From IMG/VR virus record IMGVR_UViG_3300020213_000028: a stretch of 64,000 bases of DNA, one strand, 5' to 3'. The stretch comes from an uncultured virus (IMG/VR IMGVR_UViG_3300020213_000028) (lineage: Duplodnaviria; Heunggongvirae; Uroviricota; Caudoviricetes). The translations under genes were made by a program, and so were the position numbers. Positions 28,560-37,966 of the stretch are shown here, piece by piece (positions within the stretch are counted from its first letter, which is position 1; the number at the start of each line of letters is the position of its first letter). The notes under the pieces are model-generated. The model did no database searches. It was not told the origin of the DNA and saw nothing but the letters and a program-made list of their open reading frames with translations.

Positions 28560-29418
28560 AATGCTCTCTTACATGCGCCCTGCTGGGTCAGAGGCCGACC
28601 AAGAATTCATCAAACGCTACATCGAGCCCACCGGAGCCTACTGCGTCAAAGGCAATAATTGGTATGTGGCAATCCCGGGCGACGACGAAACCTTGTTCTC
28701 TTGCCACACCGACACCGTGCACCGAACGTCCGGCCGCCACCTGGTCGCCTACGACGCGAACATAGAGCTCGCTTACGTCGAAGGTAAAGAGCCCCTCGGC
28801 GCCGACAACACCGCCGGCGTGTGGCTGTTGCTGGAGATGATCGCGGCCAGAGTCCCCGGCCACTACCTCTTCCATTACGGCGAGGAAAAAGGCTGCCTTG
28901 GCAGCCGTGAACTCGCCGTTGAAGAAGAGGCTTGGTTGAAAACCTTCAAGCGAGCAATCGCCTTCGACCGCCGCGGCACTACCTCGGTGATCACCCATCA
29001 ACACGGTGACCGCTGCTGCTCAGCCCTTTTCGGCACCACTCTCGCCGCCGCGCTGGAGCTCGACTACCAGCTGGACGACACCGGGCTCTACACCGACACC
29101 GCCAGCTACATGAAACTGATTCCTGAGTGTACCAACGTATCCGTCGGCTACGACCATGAACATGGCCCAATGGAGACCTTGGATCTCGCGCACTGCAAGC
29201 GCCTGCGCGACCAAGTGCTAAAGGTTAACTGGACCGCGCTGCCCGCCGCGCGCGATCCAACAGCAATCGAACTCTTTGACTCTTTCAGCGATTACGAGCT
29301 GCTGGAAGAAGCTGCAGCCGCTGGTTACGACCGTGCGGATCTCCAAGACCTGCTGTGGCGCGATAAGGAATACGTGCTGGACATCCTGCAGGCTACCTTT
29401 CGTCTTTATAAGGAATGA
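28363..29418 (+). CDS. M20/M28-family zinc peptidase-like protein
   Basis: SCHTDTVH, LGADNTAG, GEEKGCLGS, AFDRRG, SVGYDHEH; start uncertain (GGAG before ATG 28363). Confidence 0.8.
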   Translation: MNGFTTTMLSKPTVGKPTTLMTRLKSREKSIPSKKQKNSISPSPESTVSPTPSSSPIDKDSSKLLEMLSYMRPAGSEADQEFIKRYIEPTGAYCVKGNNWYVAIPGDDETLFSCHTDTVHRTSGRHLVAYDANIELAYVEGKEPLGADNTAGVWLLLEMIAARVPGHYLFHYGEEKGCLGSRELAVEEEAWLKTFKRAIAFDRRGTTSVITHQHGDRCCSALFGTTLAAALELDYQLDDTGLYTDTASYMKLIPECTNVSVGYDHEHGPMETLDLAHCKRLRDQVLKVNWTALPAARDPTAIELFDSFSDYELLEEAAAAGYDRADLQDLLWRDKEYVLDILQATFRLYKE

Positions 29419-29427
29419 AAAACCACC

Positions 29428-29610
29428 ATGCTGCACAATATCAACGGTACCTTCAAAATGTTGAATGCCGCAGGCCGCGTCACGAAATCCCGTTCGGGGT
29501 TCGAGCCGGTCACCACTGAAGTCCTTCAAGAGCGCATCGCGCGTGCTGACAAGCGCATCCGCTCGCTCACCAGCGCCAAGCGCGACATGCTGGCTTTGAT
29601 CAACACCTGA
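29428..29610 (+). CDS. hypothetical protein
   Basis: AAGGA RBS; 60 aa. Confidence 0.5.
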   Translation: MLHNINGTFKMLNAAGRVTKSRSGFEPVTTEVLQERIARADKRIRSLTSAKRDMLALINT

Positions 29611-29691
29611 TCAACGGAGCCCTTGCCTGCTCTCACACCGCACGGCCACCCGGCGGCCGTTAGGAACAGGTTCAAGGCTCCTCCTTTTTCT

Positions 29692-29769
29692 GTCCTTTTC
29701 GTCTAGAGGCTTAGGACGCTGCATCCTACGGGACCAGAGACGTCGGTTCGAATCCGGCTGAGGACTCCA
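29692..29769 (+). tRNA. tRNA-like gene with tRNA-Glu body and aberrant anticodon arm
   Basis: acceptor GTCCTTT/TGAGGAC-T-CCA, D-arm GTC-TAGAGGCTTAG-GAC, T-arm GTCGG-TTCGAAT-CCGGC; anticodon arm is 19 nt capped by TACG. Confidence 0.8.
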
Positions 29770-29785
29770 CTTACAAAAGGACTTC

Positions 29786-30091
29786 ATGGGCTCACGATAT
29801 AACGAGCACCACTGCCCTCTTCATGTATCCGCCCGCGGTACAGCAGCGATCACCGCCCACTTCAAAGCAGTGATTCACCAAGCAGCCTATGACTATGGTC
29901 ACGCCGGCTACTCCGGGAGCTTCGCCGAAGCCGACGGTGTAAACCTCCGGGCAGGCCACATCTTCGATTCAGAAGAAGAAGCCAGTAATTGGCTCAACGA
30001 AAACGCCTGTAAATGGGGGCCGATCATCATCGTGCCTTACCTGGAAATAGGAAACACTCTCTGGCTCGGCGGATGTTGGTGTTCCAGTTGA
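29786..30091 (+). CDS. hypothetical protein
   Basis: AAGGA RBS; YDYGHAGYSGS..KWGP..WLGGCWCSS. Confidence 0.65.
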   Translation: MGSRYNEHHCPLHVSARGTAAITAHFKAVIHQAAYDYGHAGYSGSFAEADGVNLRAGHIFDSEEEASNWLNENACKWGPIIIVPYLEIGNTLWLGGCWCSS

Positions 30092-30122
30092 ACTTTGCTA
30101 TCTAACATCAGTCTGAGGTAAG

Positions 30123-30857
30123 ATGCTCCTCTCTCACGAAGCTCCTACCGAAGACACCATGATCCGAGCCTGGTCGCACTCCCGCCTCAGCAATTTTGAA
30201 TCCTGCCGGCTCCGCGCGAAACTGCTCTACATCGACAAGCTCGAAGAGCCCCGCGGCGAGCTTAAACCCGGCCAAACCGAATACGCCAACGACCGCGGCA
30301 CTCGTATCCACGAGGCCGCCGAGCTTTACGTCCGTGGTGGCGTCGAACTTATCGACGAGCTGAAAGATTTTTCCTCTGAATTCAAGAAGTTGCGTGAGCT
30401 CTTCAAAGAAGGCAAGGTCTCCCTCGAAGGCGACTGGGCGATCGACGACGCCTGGCGCCCGACCGCCTGGAAGTCCGCCGACACGTGGGGGCGTCTAAAG
30501 TTAGACGCCATGGTCACGCTGACGCCGCAACACGCCGTAGTCATTGATTACAAGTCCGGCCGGCGCTCCGGCAACGAGCTGAAGCACGCTGAGCAGACCC
30601 AGCTCTACACCGTGGCTACGCTGCTGCGCTACCCCGACGTCGAGCGGATCTCTACCGAGCTCTGGTACACCGACCAAAACGATCTAGCCCGCGTCGAGTA
30701 CACCCGCGCGCAGGGCATGCGCTTTTTGAAGAAGTGGAACGACCGCGGGCTGGCTCTCACAACGTGCGAGACCTTCCCCCCCAACCCCAATAAATACAGC
30801 TGTCGCTTCTGCCACTTCGGGCCGAAGGGGAGCGGCGTATGCACCGTAGGAGTCTGA
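30123..30857 (+). CDS. PD-(D/E)xK exonuclease (RecB/Cas4-like)
   Basis: WSHSRL..C, RGTRIH, LKLDA, VIDYKSG, QTQLY, C-terminal CRFC..C cluster. Confidence 0.88.
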   Translation: MLLSHEAPTEDTMIRAWSHSRLSNFESCRLRAKLLYIDKLEEPRGELKPGQTEYANDRGTRIHEAAELYVRGGVELIDELKDFSSEFKKLRELFKEGKVSLEGDWAIDDAWRPTAWKSADTWGRLKLDAMVTLTPQHAVVIDYKSGRRSGNELKHAEQTQLYTVATLLRYPDVERISTELWYTDQNDLARVEYTRAQGMRFLKKWNDRGLALTTCETFPPNPNKYSCRFCHFGPKGSGVCTVGV

Positions 30858-30858
30858 C

Positions 30859-31149
30859 ATGTCCAAGCTGATTCTTCCTCAGGCCCTCGCCGAAGAGCTC
30901 GAGCCTCCCGCGATCGTACTGCCCCAGGAAATTCAAGACAGCGTCGACCTTTTGATCCTCGGTATCCAGAACGGCTGTGTCGCCGTAGCTCGGCATAAGA
31001 CTAATGACAGCGACCAAGTCGGCTACGACCTGATCGTCTACACCGCGCGAGGCCCCATCGCTGTGGCTTACGTTCTCCCTCAACTACAAATCGAGCCAAC
31101 GAATGAGCCAAGTCAAGCCGCTGTTCAAGCACCAGCAGCAGTCGATTGA
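30859..31149 (+). CDS. hypothetical protein
   Basis: AGGAG RBS. Confidence 0.55.
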   Translation: MSKLILPQALAEELEPPAIVLPQEIQDSVDLLILGIQNGCVAVARHKTNDSDQVGYDLIVYTARGPIAVAYVLPQLQIEPTNEPSQAAVQAPAAVD

Positions 31150-32464
31150 TTTTGGACGAGGTAAGCCCGCCTTGCTCGACGCCAGCGACCCTGGTACTGG
31201 AAAGACCCGAGTCGCCGTCGAGCTTGCCCGCGGACGCATCCACGCCGACAACCGCGCCGTCCTCGTGCTCTCCCCCAAATCTTCCCTGCGCTCTACTTGG
31301 TTTGAAGACTTCCGCAAGTTTGCCCCTGAACTCTCGGTACAACTGGCCTACGCCACCAATCGTGAAAAGGCGTTCCAGAACACCGCGGACGTCTACGTCA
31401 CGAATCACGATGCAGTGAAATGGCTCGCTCTCAAAGACAAAAAATTCTTCAAGCGCTTCTCAACCTGCATCGTCGATGAATCTGGCGCCTACAAACACTA
31501 CACCAGCGCGCGCTCTAAAGCGGTCAACAAAATCGCCCCCCTTTTCGAATACCGCGAAGCAATGAACGGCACGCTCAATCCAAACACCATCCTCGACGTG
31601 TGGAACCAGGTCTTCTTTCTTGACCGCGGTGAGCGTCTGGGCAAATCGTTCCACCACTTTCGCAATCAGGTTTGTGTACCCACCCAAGTCGGCCCCAGCG
31701 CCAACATGTTGCGCTGGGAAGATCGTATCGGCGCTGAGGAAGCTGTCGCTGGCCTGATTCGCGACATCACCATCCGCCACGCCTTCCAGGACTGCACTGA
31801 CATCCCGCCGAATCACGAGTACTCAATACCATTTGTCTTGAAGCCGCAGCACCGCAATACATACCGAATGATGGCTGCCGCCGGCATCGCCTCCATGGAA
31901 ACCGGCGTCGTCTCCGCGATCAACGCTGCAGCCGTTTCCACCAAGCTCTTGCAGATCGCCTCCGGCGCTGTTTATGAGAACGAGGATACCTACCATCTAG
32001 TCGACACCGATCGCTACGAAGTGATCATGGACCTGTTGGAGCCTAGAAAGCATTCGATCTGTTTCTTTCTGTGGAAACACCAAAAGCAACAGCTGATCGA
32101 CGCCGCCTCCGCCCGCGGCTACACCTACTGCGTGATCGACGGCAGCATCTCCGACCACGAACGCGAGGAAGCTGTGCGTTTGTTCCAGGCCGGCTTCTAC
32201 AAAGTGCTCTTCGGTCACCCGGCCTCTATGGCGCACTCACTGACCCTGGTGAAAGCCAAGACCACAATCTGGGCCTCACCCACCTACAACCTCGAATGGT
32301 TCATGCAGGGCAACAAACGAATCGACCGTATCGGCCAGGATGAAAAGACCGAGACGATCGTCGTTGTTGCTGAAGACACCATCGACGAAAAAGTCTACGC
32401 CGCCTGCGCTACCAAGCGCGTACGCCTGATCACCCTACTCGAAGAACTCAAAGAGGCCGCCTAA
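31103..32464 (+). CDS. SNF2-like DNA helicase
   Basis: DPGTGKT, IVDES, NGT, KLLQIASG, QGNKRIDRIGQ. Confidence 0.9.
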   Translation: MSQVKPLFKHQQQSIDFGRGKPALLDASDPGTGKTRVAVELARGRIHADNRAVLVLSPKSSLRSTWFEDFRKFAPELSVQLAYATNREKAFQNTADVYVTNHDAVKWLALKDKKFFKRFSTCIVDESGAYKHYTSARSKAVNKIAPLFEYREAMNGTLNPNTILDVWNQVFFLDRGERLGKSFHHFRNQVCVPTQVGPSANMLRWEDRIGAEEAVAGLIRDITIRHAFQDCTDIPPNHEYSIPFVLKPQHRNTYRMMAAAGIASMETGVVSAINAAAVSTKLLQIASGAVYENEDTYHLVDTDRYEVIMDLLEPRKHSICFFLWKHQKQQLIDAASARGYTYCVIDGSISDHEREEAVRLFQAGFYKVLFGHPASMAHSLTLVKAKTTIWASPTYNLEWFMQGNKRIDRIGQDEKTETIVVVAEDTIDEKVYAACATKRVRLITLLEELKEAA

Positions 32465-32748
32465 TGAAACACACCCGCAACTACGGCATTCCCAAGGCCA
32501 TGAGCCAAACCAAAGTCACCTCGCCTCGCGGTGTTGGCAAACCCAAACGAGAGTGGCGCGCTGGCGAACCTGCCCTGATCTATTCCGACAAACCAGTGAT
32601 GCGAGCCGCGTCGCTCTACATTGACTACGACGCCAAGACCGCGCTCGCCTGGCTCAAAAGTATCAGCCGCGGCGCGCTCCTACCGCTCGTACTAGCTCGT
32701 ACCCAGTACCTCGAACGGTGTGCGAAGCGCCTCGCCTATGCGGGTTGA
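32464..32748 (+). CDS. hypothetical basic protein
   Basis: coupled between helicase and polymerase. Confidence 0.55.
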   Translation: MKHTRNYGIPKAMSQTKVTSPRGVGKPKREWRAGEPALIYSDKPVMRAASLYIDYDAKTALAWLKSISRGALLPLVLARTQYLERCAKRLAYAG

Positions 32749-34630
32749 TCTAAGCAAGGTTGTAACCTTGGACTTTGAGTCGTACTATGACCCAAAGTAT
32801 TCACTACGCCTAAAGACCTATAACACCTCGAGCTATATCCGAGACCCGCAGTTCAAGGCGCACTGCGTCGCCCTAAAGTTCGGCGATGGTGAGACGGTCA
32901 CCTACCGCGACAAGGACATCAAAGACGCTCTACACGCAGTCGACTGGAAGAGCTCGCACTTACTCTGCCAGAACACTGCCTTCGACGGCCTAATTCTCTC
33001 GCACCATTACGGCATCGTGCCGGCGTTCTACTACGACACTATGTCGATGGCGCGCGGCCTGCATGCCAACATGAGCCGAGCCAGTCTCGCTGTACTCGCG
33101 CCGATGTACGGCGTGGGTAGTAAGAACGTCAAGGCCCTGGCCAATACCAAAGGCCTACGCAACATCCCCGAAGAGCTGTGGCCCGAGTTCCTCGCCTACA
33201 ACGCCGAGGACACTCGTCAGTGCTACGAGATCTTCAAGATCATGAGCGCCTGCTTTCCCGAAGCCGAGCTCGACCTGATCGACCTCACCATCCGCATGTT
33301 CTGCGAGCCTAAGCTCTACGTCGACGTACCGCGTGCGCAGGCCGAAGTCGATCGCGAGATCGCCCGCAAGGCCGAGCTGGTCGCCCTCACCGGCGTCACC
33401 GAAGCGGACCTGCAGAGCTCAGCCAAGCTCGCCGCTCTGCTGCGCGCCGCCGGCGCCGAGGTACCAATGAAGCTCTCTGCACGCACCAAGATGCAGACCT
33501 TCGCCTTCGCCCAGACCGACGAGGAGTTCGTGGCCCTCGCCGCGCATCCGGACGAAAAAGTCCGACACCTGGTCCAGGCTCGCCTGGGGGTGAAGTCCAC
33601 CATTGGTGAGACGCGCGCCGGCCGCTTCGTCACCTCGGGGCAGGACGGCCAGCGGCTGCCGATCATGCTCAACTACTTCGGTGCACACACCGGCCGCTGG
33701 AGTGGCGGCGACAAGATGAACGCGCAGAACCTACCCAAGGAAGAGCGCGACGACAACAACGTACCCATCCCGCTCACCGGGGAGCTGCGCAAGTCAATCA
33801 TCGCCCCGCCGGGCCATCAAATCGTCGTCTGCGACAGCAAGCAGATTGAATGCCGGGTGCTCGCCTGGCTGGCGGGGCAGCAGGACATGCTGGACCTCTT
33901 CGCTACCAACGGCGACCCCTACTGTGCCCTCGCCACCGAAATTTACGGCCGCTCGATTACCAAGGCCGATCCCGACGAACGCGCCGTAGGCAAGTGTGGA
34001 GTGCTCGGTCTCGGGTTCTACATGGGCGCCAAGCGCTTCATGGGCACCCTGGCCGCGGGCATCCTTGGACCAAAGCTCGACATGCCTCTCGAGGAGTGTC
34101 AGGCGATCGTCGACATCTATCGCTCCAAGAACCGCGCCATCAAGAACCTGTGGCGAAAGATGGAGCAGGTGCTCTACCGCATGCTGGTGAAAAAGTCGAG
34201 CGATAGCCCCGACGCAATCACAGTATTCCGCCCCGACGTGATCGAATATGACGCAACCACGGTGTGGCTGCCCAACGGCATGGGGTTGCACTACCCCGAC
34301 CTGCACGCAGAATGGAATGAGCGCTTCGAACGCTACAACGACTACTCCTACCGCGCCAACAAGGAGTTCGTGCACATCCACTCTGGCCTGCTGACGGAGA
34401 ACATCGTCCAGGCCTTGGCCCGAATCATCGTCGGATTGCAGATGCTGGAAATCGCCAAACGCTACTCGGTGGTCATGATGTCCCACGACGAAATTGCCTG
34501 CATCGCTAAGACCGAAGAAGCCCAGACCTGTCTGGACTTCATGGTCGAACAAATGAGCATCCCGCCTCTCTGGGCGTCAGATCTCCCCCTAGGCGCCGAA
34601 GGTGGTTTCGACGTCTGTTACAGCAAGTGA
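32738..34630 (+). CDS. family A DNA polymerase with 3'-5' exonuclease
   Basis: LDFESY, QNTAFD, YNAED exo motifs; HTGRWSG, motif A DSKQIECR, motif B RAVGKCGVLGLGF, motif C SHDE. Confidence 0.93.
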   Translation: MRVDLSKVVTLDFESYYDPKYSLRLKTYNTSSYIRDPQFKAHCVALKFGDGETVTYRDKDIKDALHAVDWKSSHLLCQNTAFDGLILSHHYGIVPAFYYDTMSMARGLHANMSRASLAVLAPMYGVGSKNVKALANTKGLRNIPEELWPEFLAYNAEDTRQCYEIFKIMSACFPEAELDLIDLTIRMFCEPKLYVDVPRAQAEVDREIARKAELVALTGVTEADLQSSAKLAALLRAAGAEVPMKLSARTKMQTFAFAQTDEEFVALAAHPDEKVRHLVQARLGVKSTIGETRAGRFVTSGQDGQRLPIMLNYFGAHTGRWSGGDKMNAQNLPKEERDDNNVPIPLTGELRKSIIAPPGHQIVVCDSKQIECRVLAWLAGQQDMLDLFATNGDPYCALATEIYGRSITKADPDERAVGKCGVLGLGFYMGAKRFMGTLAAGILGPKLDMPLEECQAIVDIYRSKNRAIKNLWRKMEQVLYRMLVKKSSDSPDAITVFRPDVIEYDATTVWLPNGMGLHYPDLHAEWNERFERYNDYSYRANKEFVHIHSGLLTENIVQALARIIVGLQMLEIAKRYSVVMMSHDEIACIAKTEEAQTCLDFMVEQMSIPPLWASDLPLGAEGGFDVCYSK

Positions 34631-34823
34631 ACTAATCTAACCTTAGAGGGTCATATAGAGCTATGAAGAATTCGCCGCTCGGCTTATTTATCTTGGTCGT
34701 CGCGATCGTTGTCGCCGGGAGCCTTTACCTCGGCAGCGCCGCGACCGTAGCGGAGGCCGTCGCGCAAGCCACGCGCCTCGCGCCCTACATCGACGCGCAC
34801 CGCAGCGCAACCGAGGTGCGCCC

Positions 34824-35240
34824 ATGAACGACGCTGCCGTTATAGAAGCCCCGCCCGCCGTCGACTACGGCCCGATCGGGACTCAGATCGACGCCCTGTG
34901 GCAGCTGCGCGAGTCAAAGCGCGAGCATGAGGAAAAGATCAAAGCCCTCAACGCCGTCATCGAGCAGAAGGAATTCGCCCTGTTCGAGACCATGGACGCG
35001 CAGGGCACCACCACCGGCGCCGGCCGGAAAGGCAAAGTCACCTTGGGTGAATCAGTCGTCCCCCAGGTCACCGACTGGGTGGAGTTCTGGAAATTCATTC
35101 GTAAAAACAACGCCTTCGAACTTCTCGAAAAGCGCGCCGCGGTGGCTGCGTTTCGCGAACACGCGTCTCGCCGTCGCGATCATACGGTGCCCGGAGTAGT
35201 GCCGTACACCAAACGCAAGATCACACTAGGAACCCTATGA
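34824..35240 (+). CDS. conserved phage replication-module protein
   Basis: coiled coil plus VTDWVEFWKFI..ELLEKR..VPGV. Confidence 0.7.
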   Translation: MNDAAVIEAPPAVDYGPIGTQIDALWQLRESKREHEEKIKALNAVIEQKEFALFETMDAQGTTTGAGRKGKVTLGESVVPQVTDWVEFWKFIRKNNAFELLEKRAAVAAFREHASRRRDHTVPGVVPYTKRKITLGTL

Positions 35241-35977
35241 GCGAGCAAAAACAAATTGCCATCCCGAAGGCCAAAGTACAGCTGCCAGCCAACTACCAAG
35301 AAGAAATGGCCGCTGAGGCCGCGGAGATCGCCAAGCGCGTCGCCGCGCCTTCGGGCGACACCATCAAGGTCTTAAAGGACAAAACTTTTGAGCTGCCCAA
35401 CGGCGACACACTCGAAGTGCTCACCGGCGTGATCGTCGACTTCGTATCAAACAATCAGTACTACGGAAGAAAGTTCGACGCTACAGACATCAAACCCCCA
35501 ATTTGTTTCGCCTTGGGCACTGACATCGACGACATGAAACCCTCGCCCCAATCCACTGACATTCAGTCGGAGGAGTGTAAGACCTGCTGGGCCAATCAAT
35601 GGGGCACTGACGGCAAAGGCAAAGCGTGCAAGAACCAGCGTCTGGTGGCTATCGTGCCTCCTGAGATGCAGGCCACCGGCCCGCTGCTGCTGCTCAAGGT
35701 CGCGCCCACCGGCGTGCGCTACTTTGATCAGCACATCAGCGGCGCCACGACGCTCGCCGGCGGCATGTTCAAGGTCGTCACTGAGTTCGTCTGCGACCCG
35801 GCACCGGACTACGCCTCGCTGCGCTTCAAGGTGTTGGGCCCGAACGAAGACTTCGCTGAGGCCTATTCGCGCAAGAAAGGAGCCCGCGCGCGGCTGTTGA
35901 CCGAGCCCGACTACGGCACCGCCCCGGCTGAGAAGGCCGCCGCCGCCGCTACCAAGCCGAAGGGCAAAGGTAAATAA
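35237..35977 (+). CDS. putative ssDNA-binding/annealing protein
   Basis: PICFA, CKTCWANQWG, GKACKN motifs in the replication module. Confidence 0.6.
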   Translation: MSEQKQIAIPKAKVQLPANYQEEMAAEAAEIAKRVAAPSGDTIKVLKDKTFELPNGDTLEVLTGVIVDFVSNNQYYGRKFDATDIKPPICFALGTDIDDMKPSPQSTDIQSEECKTCWANQWGTDGKGKACKNQRLVAIVPPEMQATGPLLLLKVAPTGVRYFDQHISGATTLAGGMFKVVTEFVCDPAPDYASLRFKVLGPNEDFAEAYSRKKGARARLLTEPDYGTAPAEKAAAAATKPKGKGK

Positions 35978-36195
35978 TGCCGCGGCCGAGCAGTATTATT
36001 TTCGGCGAACGAGAGCGCCTGCCCGCCCCCTCCGCAGCGGTACAGGTTGTTCCACGCCCGACGAAACCGGTATCTAAAGGAATCAAAATTCGAAAGAAGA
36101 AGAAGCTCTCGCTCTAAGCTCGGCACACATCTTGCGTGAGAAGCGACACCAGACCTCCCCCACACACCCCCTTCTCTTCGAAAGCGCAATTCGAC

Positions 36196-36711
36196 ATGAC
36201 ACAGCTAAGTAGCGAAGGCGTCAAGTACGACAGCGGCAAGGTGCGCCTCAGCCTGATACCGACGTATGGGCTGTGGCAAATCGGCCGCGTCTACACCATG
36301 GGCGCTATTAAATACGAGGATGACAACTGGCGCAAAGGAATGCGCTGGAGCCGCGTATACGACGCTCTCCAACGTCACCTCAATTCGTTTTGGAACGGAA
36401 CAGCACTCGATGTTGAAAGCGGGCTGCCACACCTGGCGCACGCCGGATTCGGGATTCTCACTCTACTGGAATACACGCAGACACACCCGGAACTGGATGA
36501 CCGCTATGAGCACCAAGCCCGAAACGACGTTTTACCGAAGTGTGCACAAGAAGCTCACGCACTACCTGCACCACGAAAAGATGAGCAACCCGTACCTCAG
36601 CGGAACCCCCGACGTGTGGTACTCGGGTCCGGCCAAGGATCTCTGGGTCGAGTACAAATGGCTCTCAAGGATCCCCGTCAAGGCCGCCGTGAAGGACCTG
36701 CTCTCACCTAA
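36196..36711 (+). CDS. dATP/dGTP diphosphohydrolase domain protein (DUF5664)
   Basis: GVKYDSGK..GAIKYEDDNWRKG..YDALQRH..DVESGLPHLAHA. Confidence 0.88.
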   Translation: MTQLSSEGVKYDSGKVRLSLIPTYGLWQIGRVYTMGAIKYEDDNWRKGMRWSRVYDALQRHLNSFWNGTALDVESGLPHLAHAGFGILTLLEYTQTHPELDDRYEHQARNDVLPKCAQEAHALPAPRKDEQPVPQRNPRRVVLGSGQGSLGRVQMALKDPRQGRREGPALT

Positions 36712-36913
36712 GCAGCTAGAATGGATCAACACTCGGTACGACGAGGGTCGTAACCTCGCGGTCATCGCTGGGTGCAAAGACGGCGGCGTCCTCTTCACTG
36801 ATCTCCTCTGGACCCAGCCGATGGCCGCAGACGAGTTTAGAAGTCAACTAAGAACGCGAGAGCAACTTGCGCAATGGATCGAAGGGGTCACATGCTGTGG
36901 ATACAACGTCTAG
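36506..36913 (+). CDS. VRR-NUC-like nuclease/resolvase
   Basis: PETTF, GTPDVWY, LWVEYK, LSPKQLEW. Confidence 0.8.
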   Translation: MSTKPETTFYRSVHKKLTHYLHHEKMSNPYLSGTPDVWYSGPAKDLWVEYKWLSRIPVKAAVKDLLSPKQLEWINTRYDEGRNLAVIAGCKDGGVLFTDLLWTQPMAADEFRSQLRTREQLAQWIEGVTCCGYNV

Positions 36914-37000
36914 GACAAGTGGCGACAGTGACGTCCACCGTCTATCGAATTCTCCTTACTGCTGTACTCATCGGCAGCCTTTACAAAAGAGTAAAACGAC

Positions 37001-37240
37001 GTGGATGAAAGTCATTTTGAGCATGCGGCTCGCCTAGAACAACACCTACGCGATGTTGCCCTGGCTGACATCCGCAAACAAAATGACCTAGCGCGGCGGC
37101 CCCCTTCTGGATTCAACGGCACCTGCACCATGTGCCTCGAAGAGATCACCCCCGCTCGACTCAGATTGGGCTATCATCTATGTTTTGATTGCGCTCAAAT
37201 AAAAGAGCATCGTGCCAAAAGGCACCCACCAACCAGATAA
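37001..37240 (+). CDS. TraR/DksA C4 zinc-finger protein
   Basis: MDE..AARLEQ..CTMCLEEITPARLRLGYHLCFDCA. Confidence 0.8.
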   Translation: MDESHFEHAARLEQHLRDVALADIRKQNDLARRPPSGFNGTCTMCLEEITPARLRLGYHLCFDCAQIKEHRAKRHPPTR

Positions 37241-37337
37241 CTCCCAGTGCGGACAAGCGGGCTATCAAGGTCAGTGAGAATGACGACGGGTCCCTAACTT
37301 TCGAACTGTCTCAATTTCTCATCACAGTCAAATACAA

Positions 37338-37622
37338 ATGAACCCCGACATCACGCACTTCGACATGGACCCTCCTCTCGGAGCAGCCATCCTGCTGGAG
37401 GTTTCCACAGTGCTCGCCCGGCTGGAAGAACTTGGGCTTACCGACCAAAAAGAAAATGCGCCGCTACCTCGCGGGGCTCTATCGTGCGGCGAAGCTGTGC
37501 GCTGCTTGTCAGTCCTCATGATCATGCTGCACACGAAGTTCCCCGAACTACGGGACCCTGAGCTCATGGTGTCTTTGCTGCGCGAGTGCGGAACTTCAGT
37601 CGACGGCCTCACTCTAAACTGA
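37338..37622 (+). CDS. hypothetical protein
   Basis: 94-aa ORF within the operon. Confidence 0.5.
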   Translation: MNPDITHFDMDPPLGAAILLEVSTVLARLEELGLTDQKENAPLPRGALSCGEAVRCLSVLMIMLHTKFPELRDPELMVSLLRECGTSVDGLTLN

Positions 37623-37630
37623 GACTCGCA

Positions 37631-37966
37631 ATGCAAGACTACCTCAACCTGCGCGAGGCCGCCGCCTATCTCGGTGTGTCACCCAACCACTTTCGGCGCA
37701 CGGCACCTCACGTCGGCATCGAACCCCGCAAGGCGATGGGCCGGCTGTGCTACCGGTTCACCGACATTCAAAAGTACATGGAGTCGTTGTGGCCACCCTT
37801 ACCTCCCGAGGAAAGTCTTGGGCGCTCAACTGGACCAACCCGAAGACCGGACAAAGAGAGCGCCGCATCATTGGAGACAAGGCAACTGTTACGCAGAGTG
37901 ACGCGCAACTTGCCCTCCAAGCCCTCGAGTACGAGCTCGCCTCCGGAAACCCCGTCCTCAATCTAG
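37631..37966 (+). CDS. excisionase-like HTH protein
   Basis: YLNLREAAAYLGVS..GRLCYRFTDIQKYM. Confidence 0.75.
   Translation: MQDYLNLREAAAYLGVSPNHFRRTAPHVGIEPRKAMGRLCYRFTDIQKYMESLWPPLPPEESLGRSTGPTRRPDKESAASLETRQLLRRVTRNLPSKPSSTSSPPETPSSI

Noticed and set aside
29718..29737. Amber suppressor tRNA (CTA in the anticodon arm) and stop-codon recoding
   Set aside because: No 5-bp stem closes a 7-nt loop around CTA; genes translate intact in the standard code and some end in TAG
30123..30857. Cas4 as a sign of CRISPR adaptation machinery
   Set aside because: Cas4-like PD-(D/E)xK exonucleases are routine in phage replication modules, and no other cas genes are present
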